Assembly: GCA_964016885.1 (NCBI GenBank)
Contig: OZ024748.1
Coordinates: forward strand, 12,276,001-12,340,000
Direction: 5' to 3'
Source: Eledone cirrhosa
Taxonomy: Eukaryota
Length of the DNA stretch: 64,000 bases
A program made the position numbers and the translations under genes. Shown here piece after piece: positions 1 through 13,619 of this stretch (within the stretch, counting starts at the first letter, position 1; each line of letters starts with the position of its first letter). The notes below the pieces were generated by a model that saw nothing but the letters and a program-made list of their open reading frames with translations, ran no database searches and was not told where the DNA came from.

Positions 1-103
1 TTGTTGCTGGTTGTATTGATATTGGTGTTGTTTTTGTTGTTGCCGTTGTTGTTGTTGTTGTTGTTGCTGGTGTTGTTGTTGATGTTGGTTTTGTGGTTAT
101 TGG

Positions 104-135
<32 letters not shown>

Positions 136-860
136 TTGTCGGCTTTATGTTGATGGTGTTGTTGTTGTTGTCGGCTTTGTGTTGATGGTGATGGTGTTGT
201 TGTTGTTGTTGGTGCTGGTGTTGTTGTTGTCGGCTTTATGTTGATGGTGATGTTGGTGTTGTTGTTGTCGGCTTTATGTTGATGGTGATGGTGTTGTTGT
301 TGTTGTTGGTGCTGGTGTTGTTGTTGTCGGCTTTATGTTGATGGTGATGTTGGTGTTGTTGTTGTCGGCTTTATGTTGATGGTGATGGTGTTGTTGTTGT
401 TGTTGTTGGTGCTGGTGTTGTTGTTGTCGGCTTTATGTTGATGGTGATGGTGTTGTTGTTGTTGTCGGCTTTGTGTTGATGGTGATGGTGTTATTGTTGT
501 TGTTGTTGGTGCTGGTGTTGTTGTTACTGTCGGCTAGATGTTGATGGTGCTGGTGTTGTTGGTGTTGTTGTTGTTGTTGCTGTTGTTGTTACTATTGGCT
601 TGATGTTGATGGTGCTGGTGTTGTTGTTACTGTTAATGTTGGTGTTGTTTTTTTGTTGTTGCTGTTGTTGTTGTTGTTATTGTTGTTGTTGTTGTTGTTA
701 GTGTTGTTGTTGGTGTTGTTGTTAGTGTTGTTTTTGTTGTTGCTGGTTTAGTTGATGGAGTTGTTGGTGTTGTTGTTGCCGTTAATCTTGATGTTACTGT
801 TATTAGTGTTGTTATTGGTGTTGTTGTTGTTGTTGTTATTAATGCTGTTGTTGTATCTTA
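1..860. repeat. (GTT/GGT)n low-complexity tract with recurring GTCGGCTTTATGTTGATGGTG unit
   Basis: Trinucleotide repeats with a degenerate higher-order unit repeated about 10 times. Confidence 0.9.
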
Positions 861-979
861 GCTACCCCCCCCCCCCCCACCTTATTATATATCATATATG
901 TTGATTAACTTACAGTATTACTTACATGTAAGTTATTAATGTGTCTGTTGGAGCTTATTAAATAAATCTGTTGATATTG

Positions 980-1440
980 TTAGTGTTGTTGTTGTCTTCC
1001 CCTGCTGTTGTTAGTGTATTAGTTGTTGTTGTTGCTAGTGTTGCTGTCAGTGTTGTTGTTGTTGTTGTCTTCCCCTGTTGTTGCTAGTGTTGTTGTTAGT
1101 GTATTAGTGTTGTCAGTTGTTGTCTTCCCCTGTTGTTGCTAGTGTTGTTGTTAGTGTATTAGTGTTGTCAGTTGTTGTCTTCCCCTGTTGTTGCTAGTGT
1201 TGTTGTTAGTGTATTAGTGTTGTCAGTTGTTGTCTTCCCCTGTTGTTGCTAGTGTTGTTGTTAGTGTTGTCAGTTGTTGTCTTCCCCTGTTGTTGCTAGT
1301 GTTGTTGTTAGTGTATTAGTGTTGTCAGTTGTTGTCTTCCCCTGTTGTTGCTAGTGTTGTTGTTAGTGTTGTCAGTTGTTGTCTTCCCCTGTTGTTGCTA
1401 GTGTTGTTGTTAGTGTATTAGTGTTGTCAGTTGTTGTTGT
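980..1440. repeat. Minisatellite, ~42-51 bp unit (GTTGTCTTCCCCTGTTGTTGCTAGTG...)
   Basis: About 8 tandem copies visible. Confidence 0.9.
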
Positions 1441-2281
1441 CTGATCCTGATGTTGTTAGCGTTGTTGTTAGTGTCGTTGTTGTTGTTAGTGCCGTAGTTG
1501 TTGTTAGTATTGTAGTTGTTGTTTGTGTTGTTGTCTTCTATTATTATTGTTGTTGTTATCTGGCTCTGTTATTGTTGTTGTTAGTGTTGTAGTTATCTGC
1601 CCCTGATGTTGTTGTTAGTCTTATTAGTTGTTGTTGTTGTCTACCCCTGATGTTGTTGTTAGTCTTATTAGCTGTAGTTGTCTGCCCCTGTCGTTGAAGG
1701 ATGCTCTAGCTAATTTGTAGGTCATGTTTTCACTTAATCCACGCAACACAGATATTACAACAGATCGAATTGCATTACATGACACACACCCTACATATAC
1801 ACACACAACACCCTACATATACACACACACTACACCCTACACATACATACACATATACACTCTACACCCTACATATACAAACACATACAGAAACACACAC
1901 TACACCCTACATATACACACACATACACACACACTACACCCTACACATACACACACATATACACTCTACACATACACAAACACAAACTAGACCCTACACA
2001 TACACACACACATATACACTCTACACCCTACATATACAAACACACACTACACCCTACATATACGCACACTTAAACACCCAGCAGACATAAATGCTTCTTT
2101 TTTTTCTTATTATTTGTATATTATTTTAATTATATTTTTTTAGGGTATTTGAGTGAGTGGGGGGAGGGGGAGCTGTCACTTTGAATGATCTACTTATGTC
2201 TATTTCTATATGTTCACACACATACACACACATATATACATACATATATATACACACACACACATACACACACATATACAT

Positions 2282-2314
<33 letters not shown>

Positions 2315-2706
2315 CACATACACACACACAAATGCTTCTACATACCTAAGAAAACCCGAGACCCTCAAAATACACTCAAACATCATACTCACGCATAAAC
2401 CACCCTTATAGGGTTTTATACACGAAATGGGGGGTAGATGGAGAATTTTAATCTCTGCCAGGGCCAGTTTTATCGATCCCTACGGATATGAAAGGATTAA
2501 AGGTTGAACATAAACTCCGGAGGGATTTGAAAGCGTGATCTGGGTTATATAAAACTGTCTAGACAGACATAGGATGTATTTTCTCTCTGTCTGTGACATC
2601 TTGCCATCTTGTTGGGTACCCATACACAAAGGTCCAGCGCCACTATTAAGGACAACAAGGCAGTCGTATAGGACGCAGAGTCAGAGAGGCACATTACTAA
2701 ACCTTA

Positions 2707-2908
2707 TACGAGAATGAGCTGAAAGGTTTCATAGGCTGACAATGAAGGAGTGATGTTAGAGCTGTGAAATCTTGCATGCATTAATTTCAACTCTTCTTAT
2801 TAATAACTATATTGTTTCTTTCCAGGGATGTGTTGAAAAATAAACCTCATTTGGTCATTCCATGAGAGTAACTTGGTCGGAATATGAACTTTTCAGCCGA
2901 CCCTCGTT
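2707..2908. mobile_element. Mariner-type MITE
   Basis: Imperfect TIRs TACGAGAATGAGCTGAAAGGTTTCATA / TATGAACTTTTCAGCCGACCCTCGT; a deleted sister copy lies at ~3000-3068. Confidence 0.7.
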
Positions 2909-3273
2909 TTATGTGTTATATACATATATATATATATATGTGTGTGTTTATATATCTATATGTGTGTGTGTGTATATATATATACACACACACACACACA
3001 CGAGGATCAGTTGAAAGGATGAAGGATTGAGTATTTTGGTCACCTTATGAACTTTTCAGCCGGCCCACTTAGAACCACAACATTTGTCTCGAAGGCCCTA
3101 ATAAGGTCATTGATCTCACTCTAATTAAACAGTAGGAAAAAACGCCTTGATATGGGTCTAAACAACGCAGACACCATATATATATATGGGCGGTGCCCCA
3201 GCATGGCCTCAGCCGGATGGCTGAAACAGGTAAACGAGTAAATATATATTTCATTTTCTTATAGCATTTTAAA

Positions 3274-3512
3274 GGGTCCGTCGAGCTGCCGATCATTGAG
3301 TCGGGTAGGATCGATACAGATCGAACCTTGAGATGATCAGTGGCGAAACGCGCGTCACCTACCAATAAATGCAATGAAGGAGTAATCAATCGTCCTTGTT
3401 ATCCTTTCAATATATTACACTCTGTATAGCTCTACACCTCATCCCAGAAGTAAACCTAAACATCGAGTGCTCTCCCGGGTGAACCTCCAGTAACTCCAAG
3501 TTACACCCCCTG
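3274..3512 (+). mobile_element. Family C hammerhead-bearing short element, degenerate core
   Basis: GGGT-CCGTCGA (mutated CTGACGA)...GTGGC-GAAAC-GCGC-GTC-ACC, then ACTC-TGT...ACA-TC-GAGTGC hairpin; homologous to 39705-39936, 51025-51170 and 57430-57675. Confidence 0.7.
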
Positions 3513-4129
3513 GATAGAATTTAATATTCTATCATACTATTTCATTATAATACCATTATATATATTTTAAAGGATTGTAAATAAAACGAGTAAATCAGAC
3601 AAAGTTGGAATTCCTCTTATTAATATAATCTTCTATACACACCCGTGTATATTTACCTATCTATCTATCTATATATATATATATATATATTAAAATAACA
3701 GATTAAAGTTTAAGCAAAGAATCGCTGCTTTCACCCTTAACTTATCGAGCCCTCTTTGGATTTTAGTCTTCAACTTTATTATTATTACTATATATATATT
3801 TCCATATACTGTACCGATTGTGTTGTTATTTCTGTTTACCTTTTACATGGTGGCTGCCAACTCGTTTTCGAGTACGGCCACTACTTTATGTCCATGTAGG
3901 AGAACCCCTACCGATGCGCTGAACGAGTGTGACTTTTTAGTCCAGCCAGTGACTTGAAAACTCTGGTACAAACACTACACTTGTGACAATTATTGACACA
4001 TAGTGCTGGGCCCATGGTACCATGTGATGACAAGTGCAGAGAGATCTCCAGATATGAAGCAATGCCTGTGCCGTGAAGCTTTTATAGTGAGGAAAGGCAC
4101 TGCACAAAGCCAGTCCCACTCTCTTAACC

Positions 4130-4452
4130 AAGATGATGTTTACCAAAAAGAAGAACAAGTCAACATCATTGGATACCATCAGGGTTGCAGGTGTTATATC
4201 AGAGTTTTCCTTCTCCTAGAATTCTGCCTTGACAAAGGCTAAGGGGTCATCTCTCACGGTGATTTTGGATGGCCATTGACTCTTAAGAGCTCCTTTGCCC
4301 TTTGACAGGTTTTGTTTTTAGTCCTGCAGGATGTCCAAAGTCACCCTCCTCACCAAGAAACCTTGGTGGGGTTGCCAGTTTAGTCGCCAACGACCCGACC
4401 ATGAGACAGGTTGTACTGGGATACATGTTACCAGTAGCACCAACTGGTGACC
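4130..4452 (-). mobile_element. RTE-like LINE 5' UTR fragment, structured
   Basis: Minus strand carries CTAGGAGAAGGAAAACTCTG, which resembles RTE-clade 5' UTR motifs; second copy at 49065-49245. Confidence 0.55.
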
Positions 4453-4583
4453 TTTTACATACATCGGGGTCCTGTTACATACATCGGGGTCCTGACTCTT
4501 TTCCTATTACCCACTCTACTACCTTAAGTATTGAGTACTCTGGTGCGTTATTGTCTACCTGGTTCCCTACCACACTGCCTTCG

Positions 4584-4654
<71 letters not shown>

Positions 4655-4714
4655 CTACTATGTGAGTATATATATGTATATATATATATACATATATATA
4701 CTCACATAGTAGCC

Positions 4715-4817
<103 letters not shown>

Positions 4818-4958
4818 ATGTGTGTGTATGTATGTGTGTGTGTGTGTTTGTATGTGTGTATGAAACAAAATCAAATTTAGAACTCGCGGCTGCGCGGGTT
4901 GTATCGCCTAGGAGTCTTTTCCAGTGTTTTAATGATTGGGGGGCCCCCAGCATTATCA

Positions 4959-5040
<82 letters not shown>

Positions 5041-5430
5041 TGTATGTGTATATGTGTGCGTGTGTATGTCTAATGAGCATATCAATAAAGGTGTGCCCCT
5101 TACAATAAACTGATTGCCCAGTGGGGTTTCATGTTTGATGTTAATCCCCAAATCTTTAAATCTCTCTGACGCTTCCCCCAATAAATGATTTCATTAACAT
5201 GTTGATATTTTAACATTATTAGCCAATATTTATACACACCCATCATAATTTTCACATTTATCAATATTTAATATCTCATAGCATGGTGTTAAATGGTGTT
5301 AGTGGGTGTATGGTGATAGTGGCGGGGTAAACTAGTGGATGTGATTAAAGTTTAGTTGAGAGTCAAATTAACTTAACGAAATGCGAAATTAATAAAGCAA
5401 AACAGCTCTCTGTTATATATATATATATGC

Positions 5431-5544
<114 letters not shown>

Positions 5545-5701
5545 GTATGTATATATAGTTCAAAGAAACGACAAAACAGGAACAAAAAGCCTTAGTTTCA
5601 CGCTTAATATGGAAAAAGGGGAAAGTTCGGGAGAATAAAAATAGAGACACGATAACAAAGGATACATACAGAAAATAAAAGGTAGTCTAAATAAAAAAAA
5701 T

Positions 5702-5772
<71 letters not shown>

Positions 5773-6447
5773 CTAAAATCTTTTCCATGCTGTGGTAATG
5801 CGGCTGGACTGCCGATCGCTATATTTGATTTGCTAAGCTGTATAAACGTATTGTTATTACTCTGGGGTACTTTTCCCATTCGAGTGCTAAAGCTACATAC
5901 CGAATTTGCATTCGTTAGCTTGGCCGCAAACTAAAGCTTAACGAAGCTGTACTAAAATTTGTATATGTATATATATAGTTTTAATATAGATGAGATTCAA
6001 CTACATTTATACTCTGCTATGTATTGAGTACCTTACTTACTGTGGTTACCTCCGATTCAACCCGGAATAACTCACCTATATATGTAATGTAAATATATAT
6101 ATACATACACACACATATAAAGAATTAATATCTAGTAACATATATATACACATACAGATGCATATCAATGCTAGCAAATATATAGGTTTTGTCTTAGTAA
6201 CTTTGTGGTTCAATGCATGGGGTTGCAGGAAAAATAATATGAGAGACGTAAAATAAGAAAATTATAAAATTACACACACATATATATATATATATTTGTT
6301 TTGCAAGGTTTTTTATATGAAATCGTGTCGAAACAAATATTGTTATACAGTGAGTGTATTAGTGTATTATTATTTCTGGCAATATTATAACAATATTAAC
6401 CTCCCCAAGTATAACAACATATACATATATATATCTATCTATATATA

Positions 6448-6572
<125 letters not shown>

Positions 6573-6724
6573 TACATACATATATATCTATATATATATA
6601 CCTATACATATTAGAGTATGGAGATAACAGAACAGAAATGTGCGGGTCACATTATGGTCTGTCGGTTGTAAAGCAGATAAAAAGAAGGGCTCAGCTCAAC
6701 GACCTGTATAAATGGTACAAGACG

Positions 6725-6880
6725 GAGCATTTGCTTTGACGCATAGAGTTACGGCCCTTGCCATTCCGAGTTCAAATCCCGCCGAGGTTAACTTTGCCTT
6801 TCATCCTTACCGGGTCGACAAAATAAAGTACCAGTAATGCACTGGGTAATTACTGGCCTTGTGCCTAAAGTAGAAACTAT
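6725..6880 (+). mobile_element. tRNA-derived SINE family 1 (Deu/Nin-like central domain)
   Basis: B-box GAGTTCAAATCCC followed by GCCGAGGTTAACTTTGCCTTTCATCCTTAC...GGTCGA.AAAATAAAGTACCAG; more than 12 copies in the window. Confidence 0.85.
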
Positions 6881-7280
6881 TATATATTAATAAAAGATCG
6901 GAAGCCATATTAAGTTCATTTAAGTTTATTTAAAACTGTGTTATACATATTTAACTGTGAACTATTAGTTAAGAGAGCTTAAGTTCTTCAGACGATAAAA
7001 CCTAAAATAAACATTGAAAGTTCCTAAGAAACATTTAAATTTGGAAAAAATCAAATAATTTCCCCGAAAAAGATTTTCTTTTCCTGATACAAGGAGCCGG
7101 CCGTCGAAGAAACGACACTACGCGATCTTTTTTTAATATACATATACATGAATACATATATATACATATATATACATATATATACAAACACATATATATA
7201 TACATGTATATATATCTATACATATATACATATATATCTATATTCATATATATGTATATAAGTATATATATGTACACATA

Positions 7281-7326
<46 letters not shown>

Positions 7327-7504
7327 TATCTATATTCATATATATGTATATATGTATATATATGTACACAAATATATGTATATATATATACATATATTTG
7401 TGTACATATATATACATATATACATATATATGAATATGTATATATATATATACATATATATCTATATTCATATATATGTATATATGTATATATATGTACA
7501 CATA

Positions 7505-7544
<40 letters not shown>

Positions 7545-7744
7545 TATCTATATTCATATATATGTATATATGTATATGTATGTACACATATATATGTATA
7601 TATATACATATATATACATATATATCTATATTCATATATATGTATATATGTATATGTATGTACACATATATATGTATATATATATATATATACATATATA
7701 TCTATATTCATATATATGTATATATGTATATATATGTACACATA

Positions 7745-7802
<58 letters not shown>

Positions 7803-7817
7803 CACATATATATATAC

Positions 7818-7877
<60 letters not shown>

Positions 7878-8148
7878 TTATATACACATGTAAGAATTAA
7901 AATCAAAAGATGTATTAATCATAATTGTTATGTAATGGTAGAATGGCGCGAAATGAGATGAAATCAAATAGCCCCTAATATAAACTTTGAATGCTTAACA
8001 TACATGTCACTTAACTGTTGTATAATATTACCGGAGATATATGATTTCATGTCTTTTAATTATATATTGGTATGTATAACATGTACAGTACTATCAACTC
8101 AATCTCTCATCTATCTTCTTACACACATACACTACACAAAAACACTCT

Positions 8149-8184
<36 letters not shown>

Positions 8185-8298
8185 TATATTTAAATATATG
8201 GTATGCATATATGTGTATAGATACAGATATATATATGTATATGTATATGCATATCTATATATACATATATACAGACATTATATATATATACATGTGTG

Positions 8299-8336
<38 letters not shown>

Positions 8337-8544
8337 AATATATATATATATATACACATACATACACACACATGTATATGCATGCACACACACATACACG
8401 TACGTACGTACATATGTGTATATGTATATCTCTCTCTATATATATATATAAATACACACACACATATATATGTATATATATGTATACATACATATAAATG
8501 TTGAATTATTGATTCAAAGGTATTTAAAGAGACAAGTATTTCTA

Positions 8545-8682
8545 ATATTGGAACAGGGCTAGTAATTTGGGTGAAGGGAAATGTCGACTATATTGACCAC
8601 AGTATATAACTGGTATTTTATCGACCCCGGAAGGATGAATGGCAAAGTTGACCTCAGTGGGATTTGAACTTAGAATGTAACG
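8545..8682 (-). mobile_element. SINE family 1
   Basis: Diverged reverse-complement copy of the family 1 core. Confidence 0.75.
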
Positions 8683-8705
8683 GAGCTTGTCCATCACAGA
8701 GTTAA

Positions 8706-8867
8706 ACCCCCAGCTATTGCTGGTACTCATTTTCAGCTGAGTATACAGGAGCAAAGTGAAATGAAATGCTGTGGTCAACAACGCAACACTTAACCCAGTC
8801 CAGATATCGAACCCACGACATCCTTATTGTAAGTCCAACACCCTAACCACTACGCCATGCGCCTCCA
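8706..8867 (-). mobile_element. tRNA-derived SINE family 2
   Basis: Minus strand GAGGCGCATGGCGTAGTGGTTAGG (A-box), GGTTCGAT (B-box), then TTCACTTTGCTCC...ACTCAGCTG core. Confidence 0.75.
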
Positions 8868-8889
8868 CTTAAGCAAGAATAAAAGGTAA

Positions 8890-9228
8890 AAAACCTCTTC
8901 GGGCACGACAGTCCATGGGATTTGTATCTAGAAAGGATACCTTTCGAGGTACAAGTCCGGTCCGGGCAAGGCTGTTTGTGAAAGACCAGCAGTCATCCAC
9001 GTATACCAGTCTCTCTTTTCCACGTCACCGATGTTGTCCAAAGGAAAGGTAATGGCCGATACAGCTTGACACCAGTCCCTATCATCTCATTTCTACAGCT
9101 GAGTAAACTGGAGCAATGGGAAATAAAGTGACTTGCTCTCAAGAACACAACACTCAGCCCTGTCCGGGAATCGAACTCACAACATCACGAATGTAAGTCC
9201 GACGCTCTCACCACTAAACCATGCGACT
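8890..9228 (-). mobile_element. SINE family 2 with 3' body
   Basis: A/B boxes and core; the 3' body is shared with 30270-30540. Confidence 0.75.
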
Positions 9229-9663
9229 TCAGTTAAACAAGAACACAGCCTTAGAAACCTGCAGACTTGTAATGTAATATAAGATATCTTGTGTTTCTCT
9301 TCTTCCATGTAATCGATATAAATGTCCTGAATACTTGATTGAGGCAGCCAAATTAACCTCAGTACATTGTTAAAGTCTCGTACTTATTTTGTCGATCTTT
9401 TCTCTTCGTTATCTTCTGTATCTTTTAAAAATTTTTTTTTTACATGGAATATGACAGATAAGTGAGGAGAAGAAAAATAAATAGGAAAAGACACAAACAT
9501 ATAAACACATACAGGGACAAATACATTCACATGCACACACACACACACGCACACACACACAGGGAGGACAGTTTCACATACACACATACAGGCACACACA
9601 CACACACACAGAGGCATGGACATTTTCACATACACACACACTGAGGGACGGACAGTTTCACAT

Positions 9664-9722
<59 letters not shown>

Positions 9723-9944
9723 GACAAACATTCACATGCACACATACACACACAGGGACGGACATTAACATGCACACATACAGGGACAAACACATTCACA
9801 TGCAAACATACACACACACCCACCCACACACGGACGGACACATTCACACACACACACACACTATCAATACACAGAAAAATGTATTCAAGCTGTTCTCTAT
9901 TGTTGAGGGTCAACAGAACAAAACACGATATGAGTGGGTCACTC

Positions 9945-10380
9945 CAACCACCACCAACCAACCACCATCACCATCCAACCATCAACTCCCAACCACCACC
10001 ACCACCCAACCACCACCACCCAACCACCACCACCACTCAACCACCATCACCACCACCACCACCACCACCCAACCATCACCTCCCAACCCCCATCACCACC
10101 CAACCACCATCACCATCCAACCATCAACTCCCAACCACCACCACCACCCAACCACTACCACCACTCAACCACCACCACCACCACCACCACCACCCAACCA
10201 TCACCTCCCAACACCCATCACCACCCAACCACCATCACCATCCCCACCCAACCACCACCACCACCACCACCCAACCACCATCACCTCCCCAACCATCACC
10301 ACCAGCCCCACCCAACCACCACCACCCAACCATCACCACCACCACCACCACTCCAACCACCATCAGCCCTCCTACCACAC
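9945..10380. repeat. (CCA)n degenerate repeat
   Basis: Trinucleotide tract with internal duplications. Confidence 0.9.
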
Positions 10381-10639
10381 CACTCGTACACTGAGTGACA
10401 TTAACACCACATGTTTAATGTAGCCATCCATTCTCTATATATGGTTCATCCTATGTGTTAAGATATTATTAATATCGATTCTATAAACAGCTCCTCCCTT
10501 CCCTTGCATACAATAGCATCTAAGAACAGAAATATTCTATAACACCAATCACATAGAAGATAATACGTCATCCAATCGAGTAACTGGATTCCTTGAAGAT
10601 AAGATAATGTTACCTCCCATTTATATATATATATATTTA

Positions 10640-10994
<355 letters not shown>

Positions 10995-11230
10995 TATACA
11001 TATATATATATAAGTATATATAATCGATCGTGAAGCCATGATCAATTATATATACTTATATACATATATATATGTATATATATATATGTATATAAGTAGA
11101 AGGGATATTTAATTTGTTGGAAATTCAACAAATATAAATGTTTATAACTGATTCAAAGCACTCGACAGTTTTCTGGAGTAAATATTCAATGATATTAAAT
11201 AATTGGAAACTATATTTATAAAACCATATT

Positions 11231-11292
11231 TATTCTATTATATATATTTCAAGGGTACCAAAAACTTTGGTACGCTTTCATCAGATATTATA
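11231..11292 (-). ncRNA. Minimal type I hammerhead ribozyme, family A
   Basis: TAT-CTGATGA-AAGCGTACCAAAGTTTTTGGTACCCTT-GAAAT-ATAT-ATA-ATAGAATA; stem I partly mutated; element spans ~11095-11370. Confidence 0.7.
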
Positions 11293-11411
11293 CAAAGTTT
11301 GTTTTATAAATTTTGACATAACCAAGGAAAAGTACCTTAACACTTCAAGGAAAACTATCATTGAATATAAACTATCATTGAATATATATCATTTTAATCC
11401 AATCATTTTAA

Positions 11412-11485
11412 TCACGACACATGTTTCAATAAGAGATAGATCGATCGTGAAGCCATGATCAATTATCACTGATCTCATCAGGTGA
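11412..11485 (-). ncRNA. Hammerhead ribozyme candidate, family G
   Basis: TCAC-CTGATGA-GATCAGT..ATTGATC...-GAAAC-ATGT-GTC-GTGA; stem I TCAC/GTGA, stem II region irregular. Confidence 0.55.
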
Positions 11486-11867
11486 AAATGAATTGTCTTC
11501 AAATTCTTGATATGAGGGAGAAAATGAGCAATGTTCACTCACATGAAGATGAAGCAGTCAAAATGCGGCGACTGCTATCAACTTCAGTTAAGGTCATAAA
11601 ACTAACAAGTTTCTATATCCCAATAGCTGCAAAAGACGCTGGACATCAATCAAATCTGTAGAAATACAGTCGGTCACAGTTAATGTGAGTGGGTACACAC
11701 ACACTCAACACCCACACACACCGACTCGAGGTCAAAGAAAATAAATATATATATATATATATACACACATCAACACAGTATCAAATCTGTAGAACTATAG
11801 ACGGTCACAATTAGTGTGAGTAGGTATATATATATATATATATATATATAAAGGCTGGGGATTGGCA

Positions 11868-11924
<57 letters not shown>

Positions 11925-11956
11925 ATAAATGGAAACTATATTTATAAAACCATAAT

Positions 11957-12020
11957 TATTTTATTATATATTTCAAGGGCAACCAAGGCAAATTTTGGTG
12001 CGCTTTCATCAGATAAAATA
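11957..12020 (-). ncRNA. Minimal type I hammerhead ribozyme, family A
   Basis: TATTTTAT-CTGATGA-stem II-GAAATATATA-ATAAAATA; 8-bp stem I, only a 2-nt loop III; left arm of inverted repeat 11925-12228. Confidence 0.7.
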
Positions 12021-12583
12021 CAAAATTTGTTTTATAAATGCTGACATACCTACGGAAAAACAACCTTGACGGTTGAAGGTTCTCTGGATAGGTTGTTTTT
12101 CCGCGGGCATGTCAACATTTATAAAACAAATTTTGTATTTTATCTGATGAAAGCGCACCAAAATTTGCCTTGGTTTCCCTTGAAATATATAAAATAATTA
12201 TGGTTTTATAAATATAGTTTCCATTTATTAATATATTGAATATTTACTCCAGTAACTTGTTGAGTACTTCATATCAGTTATAAAACTTTTAAGTTTGTTG
12301 AATCCCAACAAATTAAATATAACTTTTGCATATATAAACTTTTGCATATATATATATATATATATACAAAAATGAGAAATACACAGATACATGCGAATAC
12401 ATACATATACATGCATATACACACATATATCTTTCACAAGTATGTCAACCTTAACCGTTGTTGCTCTCTGATTAAGAGGGAGAAAATAATCTGAATGAAA
12501 TAAATTGACTCTGTATCAGAGCTATATAATACATTATAAAGAAAGAAGAAACATTAGACATAAATAAATACCTATTGTTTCTT

Positions 12584-12612
<29 letters not shown>

Positions 12613-12615
<3 letters not shown>

Positions 12616-12816
12616 GGAACGAGTAGGACCCCGACGGCTGAGCTCAAGCCGTTTCGACGGCTAATTCTGGACTAAATTTAGTCCAGAATTAGCCGTCGAA
12701 ACGGCTTGAGCTCAGCCGTCGGGGTCCTTCTCGTTCCTATTACCCACTCTACTACCCTAAGTATTGAGTACTTTGGTGCGTTATGGTCCATCTGGTTCCT
12801 TACCACATTTCTTTCG

Positions 12817-12820
<4 letters not shown>
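12613..12820 (+). mobile_element. Family B short element with 128-bp spacerless palindrome
   Basis: 12613-12740 palindrome with one mismatch; contains GAAAC-GGCT..AGCC-GTC (hammerhead 3' half), then ACTC-TACT..AGTA-TT-GAGTAC; copies near 4485, 17612, 29293 and 38058. Confidence 0.75.
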
Positions 12821-12900
<80 letters not shown>

Positions 12901-13047
12901 GTACCAGTAACGCACTGGTGTCGATTTAATCAATTATCGCCTCTCTCTGTCCCAAAATTATTGGCCTGGTGCCTAAATCAGAAACCAAGGGCAGATGCTT
13001 CGCCTTTCATCCTTACGGGGGTCGATAAAATATAAAGTACCAGGGTC

Positions 13048-13093
<46 letters not shown>

Positions 13094-13185
13094 CAGCTCA
13101 CAACTATGCAGGTTTAGCTGGCCTCCTCCAAGGTATATCTCGTTGGAGGTGTCTTGGGTGACTTAACGACAGGGACCCCAGTCCT

Positions 13186-13332
13186 ATCATCTCATTTCTA
13201 CAGCTGAGTAAACTGGAGCAACGTGAAATAAAGTGTCAAGCTTAAGGAAACAACACAACACCAGGTCCGAGATTTGAACTCACAACCTTTCGATTGCAAA
13301 CCCAATGCTCTAACCACTAAGCCATGTACCTT
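13186..13332 (-). mobile_element. SINE family 2
   Basis: A/B boxes and core homologous to 9082-9228. Confidence 0.75.
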
Positions 13333-13440
13333 CACAGGGTCACAGTGGGGGTCAATTTAATCAATTTTCACCTCCCCCACAAAATTGTTGACCTCGTGCC
13401 TAAATCAGAAACCATTATATTCCTTATCTTAAGGCAGTGG

Positions 13441-13619
13441 ATTGGCAGTATAAGTAGAGGGTCGGACGCCATGTATTGCAGCATAGAGACGTCCCTTTAT
13501 GGTCTGACCTCAAATTCCTCCGAGGTTAACTTTGCCTTTCATCCTTACGGGGTCGATAAAATAAAATACCAGTAATGTACTAGGGTAATTGCTGGCCTTG
13601 TGCCCAAAGTAGAAACCAT
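13441..13619 (+). mobile_element. SINE family 1
   Basis: Near full-length copy. Confidence 0.85.

Noticed and set aside
6930-6995. Minus-strand CTGAAGA...TAAATATGTATA-AC as a hammerhead
   Set aside because: GAAA absent and stems weak; at most a decayed remnant
8706-9228. tRNA genes suggested by A/B boxes
   Set aside because: No cloverleaf; these are heads of multi-copy SINEs
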